Assembly (NCBI GenBank): GCA_963695545.1
Contig: OY968796.1
Coordinates: 2,528,001 to 2,592,000 of the forward strand
Direction of reading: 5' to 3'
Source: Terriglobia bacterium
GTDB lineage: Bacteria; Acidobacteriota; Terriglobia; Acidiferrales; UBA7541
DNA: 64,000 nt
In this document: piece after piece, positions 10,631 through 17,538 of the stretch
Numbering within the stretch: position 1 is the first letter of the stretch
Layout: each line of letters starts with the position of its first letter
Made by a program: the position numbers and the translations under genes
The notes under the pieces: model-generated
Database searches by the model: none
What the model saw: only the letters and a program-made list of their open reading frames with translations
Told to the model about the DNA's origin: nothing

Positions 10631-10654
10631 CTCGTGCGCTCCTGAATTAATTCC

Positions 10655-10948
10655 CTAACAGACCCAGCCGCCCGCTTCGATTTCCGTGGGGGTGTTCTCA
10701 CGTTTCGATTTCGCGTCTGTGGCGCCATCGCGCGGCCAGGTACCCAGCAAAATCACGGTTCCGATGGTCGCAGAAACGTGAACGTAGAAAACGCGTGTCG
10801 GCCCTTCGAGTTCATAAAAATCCGCGCGATGCGGATCCGGACGCGCCGGGGCATCCGATGCGAGCAATCGCTTCAGCTCGTCGACCACCTCGGCGGGATA
10901 ATTGCGTAAATTTTCGATATCGATATGCTGCTTTTGCTCTTCGCTCAT
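10655..10948 (-). CDS. Hypothetical protein (97 aa)
   Basis: ATG preceded by a GAGGGA RBS; globular composition; no conflicting gene. Confidence 0.65.
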   Translation of the reverse strand: MSEEQKQHIDIENLRNYPAEVVDELKRLLASDAPARPDPHRADFYELEGPTRVFYVHVSATIGTVILLGTWPRDGATDAKSKRENTPTEIEAGGWVC

Positions 10949-11370
10949 GTCCCTCAGTTCCTTCCCGTTTCCTTCATCCTAAAACACCTCAGGCTCTTGG
11001 CTCCTGTGGAGCCCGAATATTTGAGCCCGATCAGCCTGCTTATTTGGATATACGCAACTCGGCGTAGAATGTTTCAAGGCGATGTCTTATCGCCGCGCTA
11101 TCGGTCTTCGATCGGTGAGTGGTAACAGCTCGTCCCCGCGTTGGGACATCCGCACTCGGACGCAATATCGCCTTGTTTATTTTGATGGCGTTGAGGCCAT
11201 TCGAGTGCACCAAATTTGCTTCTAGTTTCCATCACAATATTAGATGTGCCAGCGCCATATCGGTTGCCGCGAACGCCGGCGGCCTAGCCGGTCCGCCAAC
11301 CCCACCTGTACCAGTTCTGTACGTCAGTCCAATGGTCTCCCGCGCGTCCGAAGCGTAACGTCGCAGTAGA

Positions 11371-11463
11371 CGACCGCGGCCGCATTCACCCGTAACCCAC
11401 GGGGTCCGGTCGTGTTCGCACTGGCCCTCGCAGCTGTGCGAACATGGCCGGGCCCCGCGGTCG
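11371..11463 (+). other. Long intergenic RNA hairpin (candidate structured RNA)
   Basis: 11397-11421 pairs with 11436-11460 over 25 bp, with three G-U wobbles and one mismatch on the + strand; 11371-11379 is also complementary to 11455-11463. Confidence 0.45.
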
Positions 11464-11641
11464 CGCATTTCACTCTTTCTGAATTGCTGCCTTCACCTTT
11501 ATTATCCGTTCGGTTTATACATCTATTGGTGCTACTGGCATGGGTACTTGCGCCCGTAGGTTCGCGGCTGCGATAGTAGGTGATCGGTCAGTCCCGAAAG
11601 AACCTATCCGATAAAGAACCCCGACGGAGCTTCGTTTGAAG

Positions 11642-11884
11642 ATGAAAAAGGTGAGAGTCAACGCAATCGCGATTTCCAAAACCAAAGCCGTAAAGAAAAA
11701 GGGACCACCCAGCTTCAGCACGGATCGGCGCCGCAAGCATCGCCACTGGCAAGTCACCGTCTTTTATCGTGACGGCGAACGTTTCGCGCGCATTTACACC
11801 GATCGCGGCCGGGCTACCCGCTTCGCCAGTCGTCAAAAAAGATCGCCCGTGGTGCGCTCCGCTCGCGTGCGCCAGGTTCACTAA
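11642..11884 (+). CDS. Small basic hypothetical protein
   Basis: Lys/Arg-rich N-terminus followed by a compact WQVTVFYRDGERFARIYTD...FASRQKRSPVV domain. Confidence 0.6.
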   Translation: MKKVRVNAIAISKTKAVKKKGPPSFSTDRRRKHRHWQVTVFYRDGERFARIYTDRGRATRFASRQKRSPVVRSARVRQVH

Positions 11885-11981
11885 CCGCGGTCCGCGCCAC
11901 ACGGAAGCGAATACATTCCAAATTTCGCGTGTCTCGTCCGCCGTTCTCGCCGTTTGGGCGCGCGACGCGCGTCCGGCGATC

Positions 11982-12010
11982 TTGTCCCCGCTGAACGCCC
12001 ATGCTATAAA
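11982..12010 (+). promoter_or_regulatory. Sigma70-type promoter of tRNA-Gly
   Basis: TTGTCC-N17-TATAAA with extended -10 TG, 13 nt upstream of the tRNA. Confidence 0.65.
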
Positions 12011-12023
12011 TTGGCTGGTCTGA

Positions 12024-12097
12024 GCGGCCGTAGTATAGGGGTAGTACGACAGCTTGCCAAGCTGTAGGCGGGGGTTCGAGTCCCCTCGGCCGCTCCA
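12024..12097 (+). tRNA. tRNA-Gly (GCC)
   Basis: Acceptor stem GCGGCCG/CGGCCGC, anticodon arm ACAGC-TTGCCAA-GCTGT, GGTTCGAGTCC T-loop, encoded CCA. Confidence 0.95.
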
Positions 12098-12136
12098 TTC
12101 ATCGAGTCCGGCACACCTGGCCCGTAACAAACGCCG

Positions 12137-12634
12137 ATGCTCGCATACCTCTGCGGTCCCATCGAGTTCTCCGCCGACGGCGGCAAGATGTGGCGCCGCA
12201 AGCTCGCCCCTTTTCTCAGCCAGGATCTCGGCCATCGCGTCTACGATCCCGCCGAGGATGAGAAGAAAAATCTCACCGACGAAGAGACCGCGCATTTTCG
12301 CGAATGGAAGACGTCCGACGTCGAGCGATTTCGCCGCGCCGTGCGCAAAATTATCCGTTTCGACCTCGATCTGATCGAAAACAAGGCCGACTATTTGATC
12401 TGCCATCTCGCCGCATCCGAAGTCGCGAGCGCCAGCGGCGGCACATCTGCGGAGCTGACGCTGGCGTACCGCCGCGGCATCCCCGTCTACATGGTCACCG
12501 ATTTGCCGCCCGACCAAATCAGCGGCTGGATGCTCGCCTGCGCCGACCAGGTTTTCGATTCAATCGACGCCCTTAAGAAATTTCTGCTCGAACGTTACGG
12601 CCGAGAGAAACAGGCGCCCCTCTGGACCGAATGA
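12137..12634 (+). CDS. Nucleoside 2-deoxyribosyltransferase-like protein
   Basis: N-terminal YLCGPI, D-L-D-L-I...A-D-Y-L-I and GT-x-x-E-L-x-x-A...GIPVY motifs of the NDT fold. Confidence 0.7.
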   Translation: MLAYLCGPIEFSADGGKMWRRKLAPFLSQDLGHRVYDPAEDEKKNLTDEETAHFREWKTSDVERFRRAVRKIIRFDLDLIENKADYLICHLAASEVASASGGTSAELTLAYRRGIPVYMVTDLPPDQISGWMLACADQVFDSIDALKKFLLERYGREKQAPLWTE

Positions 12635-13269
12635 GCGACACCCCGCCAACGGTCGAAATCGTCGTCGCCAGCACCCGCCGCCCGAAGCTCGATGCTGTGC
12701 GCGACGCGCTCGATGTCCTTTGGCCAAAGTTGTGCCCAGAAATGGCGCTGCCAGGCTCGCGTTTTGAAATCGTCGCGCGCGAAGTCCCCTCGGGTGTGCG
12801 TGAAACCCCACTGAGCCGCGCGGAATCCATGGCCGGCGCCCGCAATCGCGCCGAAGCGCTTGTGCAAATCGCGCGCCAAGAAAATCTGGCGTGGCGATAT
12901 TTTGTTGGCCTCGAAGGTGGCCTTGACGTCATCGAACAAAATAGTCGCCGCGTTGCGTTTCTCACTAGCTGGGCGTACGTCACCGATGGTTCAGGCCGCG
13001 GCGCATTCGGCCAATCCGGCGCAATCGCACTTCCTGATGCGCTCGCGCGCGAAGTTCTCGACAATGGTGCCTCCTTAAGCGCCGCAATCGATGCCTTCGC
13101 GGCGCGCAGCGGCGTGCGCGACGCCGAGGGCGCCTGGGGCGTGCTCACCGCCGGATTGATCACGCGCCGCGATTCGTTCCGCATCGGCGTCATCAACGCC
13201 TTCGCGCCGTTTTTCAACGCCGGCATGTACGCTTCCGGAGACGCTCGCGCGCAGCGTGGTTCCGCCTGA
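12631..13269 (+). CDS. yjjX: Inosine/xanthosine triphosphatase (YjjX/NTPase_I-T family)
   Basis: VASTxxPK, VPSGVxxTP, GARNRA, VGLEGG and GAWGVLTAG.I.R; ATGA overlap with the upstream gene. Confidence 0.85.
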   Translation: MSDTPPTVEIVVASTRRPKLDAVRDALDVLWPKLCPEMALPGSRFEIVAREVPSGVRETPLSRAESMAGARNRAEALVQIARQENLAWRYFVGLEGGLDVIEQNSRRVAFLTSWAYVTDGSGRGAFGQSGAIALPDALAREVLDNGASLSAAIDAFAARSGVRDAEGAWGVLTAGLITRRDSFRIGVINAFAPFFNAGMYASGDARAQRGSA

Positions 13270-13347
13270 GCGCTCGTTCGCATGTTCGTTGTGCCGAGCC
13301 TGTGTTAGGCTAGCGCCAGCGTCGAATGAAGTGCGTGGAGGGCTCGC

Positions 13348-13977
13348 TTGGACATCGTCACCGGCAACATGGGATGGATCGAAGTAATCGTCGGCCCGAT
13401 GTTTTCGGGCAAGAGCGAAGAATTGATCCGTCGCCTGAAGCGCGCGGAAATTGCGCGGCAGCGCGTACAAATTTTCAAGCCGCAGCTCGATACGCGTTAC
13501 TCCGCCACCGAAATCGTCTCCCACTCCGGCTTGGGCATTCGCTCGGAAATCGTGAAGGACGCCGCCGAAGTGCTCGCGCGCGTCGAAGCGCGCACCGAAG
13601 TGATCGGCATCGACGAAGCGCAATTCCTCGGCGATTCGCTCGTCAAAGTTTGCAATCAACTTGCCGACGCCGGCAAACGCGTGATCGTTTCCGGCCTGGA
13701 CACCGATTATCTCGGCCGCCCATTTGAACCCATGCCGCGCCTTTTGGCCGAAGCCGAAGAAATCACCAAGCTCCTCGCCATCTGCATGCGCTGCGGCAAT
13801 CCCGCAGCGCACACCCAGCGGCTGGTGGCCTCTGACGATTTGATCGTCGTCGGCGCCGGCGGAATGTACGAAGCCCGCTGCCGCCGATGCTTTGAGCCGC
13901 AACTCGCGCACGAAAAAGTCGAAGCCGAAAAAGCCGGCAAATCCGTCGCGAACGCTTCCGCCGCCGCGGCGCATTAA
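13348..13977 (+). CDS. tdk: Thymidine kinase
   Basis: [15 protein letters not shown]-loop, [14 protein letters not shown], Zn ligands CMRC...CRRC. Confidence 0.95.
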   Translation: MDIVTGNMGWIEVIVGPMFSGKSEELIRRLKRAEIARQRVQIFKPQLDTRYSATEIVSHSGLGIRSEIVKDAAEVLARVEARTEVIGIDEAQFLGDSLVKVCNQLADAGKRVIVSGLDTDYLGRPFEPMPRLLAEAEEITKLLAICMRCGNPAAHTQRLVASDDLIVVGAGGMYEARCRRCFEPQLAHEKVEAEKAGKSVANASAAAAH

Positions 13978-14010
13978 ACTCCCGGCTTCGTAATCAATCG
14001 CATCTTCCCG

Positions 14011-15114
14011 TCAGCCTCGAATCTCGCTCACGCGGCCGAATGCCGTCTCCGAAAGCGCGCGATGCTCCGCGCCGCCGATCACGCCCGCATCCGCCACCGC
14101 GCCAGCCATTGGATCGGCAGCCGCCCGTAGCCGCTCGATTCGTTCGTTGCTCTCTCGCCATTCGCCGGCGTCAAACCGACCCGCTTCGAGCGCGCGCAGC
14201 ACGGCGTCGATCGCGGGAGCGATGGCCGATTCATCGTGACACAACATCGCCAGGTCCGCGCCAGCGGCAAAAGTTTCGACGGCCGCTCGCCCCGCGCTCG
14301 AAGTTTTCGCAATCGCGCCCATGCCCAGATCGTCGGCAATGATCGCGCCCTGAAATCCCATCCGTTCGCGCAATAGCCCAGTGAGAATCCGCCGCGAAAG
14401 CGAAGCCGGCCGCGCCGCGTCCACCTGCGGCAACAAAATGTGCGCCGTCATGATCAGCGGCACCGATTCCGCGATCGCCGCGGCAAAGGGAACCAGTTCC
14501 GCCGTTTCCAGGCGCTCGAGCGTTCCCGAAAACATCGGCAAATCGAGATGTGGATCCGTCCGCGTGTCGCCGTGCCCCGGAAAATGTTTCGCGCAAGCCA
14601 GCACGTCGCCCTCGCGCAACCCGCGCGCGAAAGCCACGCCCATGCGCGCCACCAGCTCCGGCTCCGCGCCGAAACTGCGCTCTCGCGTGATCGGGCTTTC
14701 CGCTTGAACGTGCAAATCGAGCATCGGCGCGAAATCCAGATTGGCTCCAGCAGTCCGCAACTCTCGCCCGATCGCGCGCGCGATTTCCTCGACCAGCGCG
14801 GCATCGCCAATCCGCCCAAGCGCCGCGGCGCTCGGCCACACCGTGAAGGGCGCCGCGACCGCGAACCGGCCGCTCCCGCCCTCTTGATCGATCCCGATCA
14901 GCACGGGCCTCGCCGCGGCGCGACGAGTCTCAGCCGTGAGCGAGCGAAGTTCCTCGATGCCCCGATAATTGCGCGCGAAAATCGCCACGCCGCCAAGCCC
15001 GGCTTCAAGCAGCGATGCCAGTTCCGGCGTAACGCGCGTGCCTTCAAAGCCGAGCACGAATCGCGCGAGCACTTCCCCCGTCCACTCCGATTTGCGTTTT
15101 GGCATTGCGCTCAT
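14011..15114 (-). CDS. nagZ: Beta-N-acetylhexosaminidase (GH3, NagZ-like)
   Basis: IDQEGG, FAPMLD, RSFG, KHFPGHGDT..DPH, MTAHI and DDLGM. Confidence 0.88.
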   Translation of the reverse strand: MSAMPKRKSEWTGEVLARFVLGFEGTRVTPELASLLEAGLGGVAIFARNYRGIEELRSLTAETRRAAARPVLIGIDQEGGSGRFAVAAPFTVWPSAAALGRIGDAALVEEIARAIGRELRTAGANLDFAPMLDLHVQAESPITRERSFGAEPELVARMGVAFARGLREGDVLACAKHFPGHGDTRTDPHLDLPMFSGTLERLETAELVPFAAAIAESVPLIMTAHILLPQVDAARPASLSRRILTGLLRERMGFQGAIIADDLGMGAIAKTSSAGRAAVETFAAGADLAMLCHDESAIAPAIDAVLRALEAGRFDAGEWRESNERIERLRAAADPMAGAVADAGVIGGAEHRALSETAFGRVSEIRG

Positions 15115-15206
15115 CTGCTATCATCCGCTCCGCGGCCCGCAGTCGTTCGTCGCCGTGCAGCGCGACCCAGGCATGAGGCTACTTGCACGAAGGAGGCCGA
15201 GTCAAA

Positions 15207-16220
15207 GTGAGAATCGAATCGCGCGCTCCCACACGAGTCGATCTCGCCGGCGGCACGCTCGACATTTGGCCTCTCTATCTTTTTCACGAAGGCGCGCTCA
15301 CCGTAAATTGCGCCATCGCGCGCTACGCCTCCTGCGTGATCGAGACGCGCCCCGAAGGCCGCCGCGGCATCACGCTCGTCTCCACGGACACGCGCCGCAA
15401 AGAATCTTTCGCGTCGCTTGAAGCGCTCCGCCGCGCGCGCCCCTATCGACTGCCGCTTCTCGCGCACCTCGTGCGATTTTTCGGCCCCACTGTCGGCTTC
15501 ACGCTCACCACCAATTCCGAAGTGCCCGCCGGCGCCGGCCTCGGCGGATCAAGCGCCATGGCCGTGGCCATTTGCGCCGCGCTCGATCGCCTCGCCGGCG
15601 CCGGCCGCCGCCTCGAAGATTGGATCCATATCAGCCGCGACGCCGAAGCCATCGTCATCGGCGTGCCCACCGGCACTCAGGATCACTATCCCGCCGCGTT
15701 CGGCGGCGTCAGCTCCATCGTGCTCGCGCCCGGCGGCGAGCGCCGCGAAGCGCTCGGCTGCGACGTCGAAGCGCTCGAGCGCCGCCTGGTGCTCTGCTAC
15801 ACCGGCAAGCCGCGCCAGCACGGCATCAACAATTGGGAAGTATTCGCGCGCCACATCGATGGCGACAAACGCATCATCCGAAATCTCGAAAAAATCGCGG
15901 CTGTCGCCCGCGAAGTCCGCGCCGCGCTCGAACGCAACGATTGGGCGAATCTCGGCCGCCTCATCCGCGAAGAGTGGGATTTTCGCCGCCGCAATTTGCC
16001 CACCATCTCCACGCCCCTGATCGATCGCATTCTCGCCGCCGCGCGCCGCGAAGGCGCGCTCGCCGGAAAAGTTTGCGGCGCGGGCGGCGGCGGTTGCATG
16101 GTGCTGCTCATCGAGCCCGACGCGCGCACGCGCGTGGAAGCCGCCGTCGCAAAATCCGGCGCCCAACTCCTCCCGCTGCGCATCGACCGCCAAGGCGTGC
16201 AGTTGACGGCAACTTCATAG
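15207..16220 (+). CDS. GHMP-family sugar kinase (HddA-like)
   Basis: APTRVDLAGGTLD, PAGAGLGGSSA, GTQDHY and KVCGAGGGG; GTG start behind AAGGAGG. Confidence 0.85.
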   Translation: MRIESRAPTRVDLAGGTLDIWPLYLFHEGALTVNCAIARYASCVIETRPEGRRGITLVSTDTRRKESFASLEALRRARPYRLPLLAHLVRFFGPTVGFTLTTNSEVPAGAGLGGSSAMAVAICAALDRLAGAGRRLEDWIHISRDAEAIVIGVPTGTQDHYPAAFGGVSSIVLAPGGERREALGCDVEALERRLVLCYTGKPRQHGINNWEVFARHIDGDKRIIRNLEKIAAVAREVRAALERNDWANLGRLIREEWDFRRRNLPTISTPLIDRILAAARREGALAGKVCGAGGGGCMVLLIEPDARTRVEAAVAKSGAQLLPLRIDRQGVQLTATS

Positions 16221-16372
16221 TCGCGACAGTCGCTGTTCCCAAATCGCGCCCGCAGGACAGCCCACCCCGCCTGTCCCTCCTCGAAACACGCGGCCTTGAC
16301 CATCGCGAATTTTCCTTTCTTTTTTCTGGACGCGCCATCAAATCGGCGTATTATTCCAGCAGCAGGTGTGGC

Positions 16373-17215
16373 ATGGCTCGCCTTACCTGGATTGCCGCTT
16401 CCGCGATTTTCCTCATCGGGGGCAGTGTGTCCCCGCTGGCGACGCTCCGCGCTGGCCCAGTTCCTGGGCCCGGCAGCGGCCCCGAAGATCAAACCCCTCC
16501 GAAATCCGACACGTTGCAGGAAGATTCGCGTCTCGCCCTCATCCGCTACGTCGACGGCGAATTCGTCAAGGTCGTCTCGCCGATTCCCGCGGGCAAGAGC
16601 GGTTTCCACATTAAGGCCGGCGAGCCGCTCAACGAGCGCGCTCTCGAAATGGTTCTCCAGGGTCACGACGCCGCCGCTAACCCCGGCGATAAAGTTCAAA
16701 TCACGCGCCTGCTATTCCGCGAACGCCAGATCGCCGTCATGATTAATGGCGGCGGCAACAAGGGCAACAGTTGGCGCGATCACGTGCAGCTAAGCGTCGG
16801 GGGAATGGACCCGTCTCAGACCGGCAATGTCGACACCAGCGCGCCCTCCGTGCAGAACGCGCCCGGCGCCACCCTCTATCTCGATTTCGATAAGCCGCTC
16901 CCGGACATGACTCCTGACGACCTCAAAAAATATCTCTCGGTCATGCTCGATTTCGGCGGCCAGCGCTCCGCCGCCGTCCAGTGGATCGATACGCTTCCGC
17001 CGGCCGTAAAGCAGGCCATCGCCGATAAGCGCGCCGAATATGGCATGACGCGCGACGAAGTCATCGCCGCCATGGGCAAGCCCGAGCACAAAGTCCGCGA
17101 AACCCAGCCCGACGGCACCGAAATCGAAGATTGGATCTACGGCACGCCCCCCGGCAAAACCGTCTTCGTCAGCTTCGATGGCGATCTGGTCATCAAGGTC
17201 GAGTCCTTCCCCTGA
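16373..17215 (+). CDS. Exported hypothetical protein with C-terminal BamE/SmpA-like (GMT..EV...MGKP) domain
   Basis: Signal peptide from ATG 16373; C-terminal GMTRDEVIAAMGKP...EDWIYG...VSFDGDLV. Confidence 0.7.
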   Translation: MARLTWIAASAIFLIGGSVSPLATLRAGPVPGPGSGPEDQTPPKSDTLQEDSRLALIRYVDGEFVKVVSPIPAGKSGFHIKAGEPLNERALEMVLQGHDAAANPGDKVQITRLLFRERQIAVMINGGGNKGNSWRDHVQLSVGGMDPSQTGNVDTSAPSVQNAPGATLYLDFDKPLPDMTPDDLKKYLSVMLDFGGQRSAAVQWIDTLPPAVKQAIADKRAEYGMTRDEVIAAMGKPEHKVRETQPDGTEIEDWIYGTPPGKTVFVSFDGDLVIKVESFP

Positions 17216-17370
17216 TTGCTCCGCGTGCGTTTGCCGCCAGCACGTAGCGCTGTTTTTCTCGCCGCGAACGCAAAATGGAAATCCCGCCACAAGGTTTTCG
17301 GTAGTCTCCGCCCGTCCGCCCCGGTTTGTCGCGCCGCCACACTTCTTCCGGCGTATACTGCCACCCACGA

Positions 17371-17538
17371 ATGCCACTAACGAATGGCACGAAGCTCGGC
17401 CCCTACGAAATCGTTTCGCCACTCGGCGCGGGTGGCATGGGTGAAGTTGAGCTGCATTGCGGGCGTGAGCGAAGCAGGGTTTGCGGAGCGGGAGCCCGCA
17501 GGCGAAATCCTGAGCGAAGCGAAGGATCTGCATGTTGA
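17371..17538 (+). other. Leader ORF (55 aa): duplicated kinase N-terminus fused to a structured insert
   Basis: MPLTNGTKLGPYEIVSPLGAGGMGEV followed by ELHCGRERSRVCGAGARRRNPERSEGSAC*; its stop overlaps the start region of the kinase (ATGTTGA). Confidence 0.7.
17449..17531 (+). repeat. REP-like palindromic insert (GAGCGAAGC-type)
   Basis: TGCGGGC(17458-64)/GCCCGCA(17494-500) stem; ATCCT-GAGCGAAGCGA-AGGAT hairpin (17507-27); GAGCGAAGC occurs twice. Confidence 0.6.

Noticed and set aside
11160..11200. Possible further 29-bp unit (TTATTTTGAT core)
   Set aside because: The arms do not match the consensus, and there is no end motif or second unit nearby.
12024..12140. Genomic island integrated at tRNA-Gly
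   Set aside because: No integrase, no duplicated tRNA 3' end seen, and the flanking genes have host-like composition.
15572..16372. N-terminal extension of the 547-aa ORF
   Set aside because: Arg-rich off-frame overlap with the GHMP kinase; the signal peptide begins at 16373.
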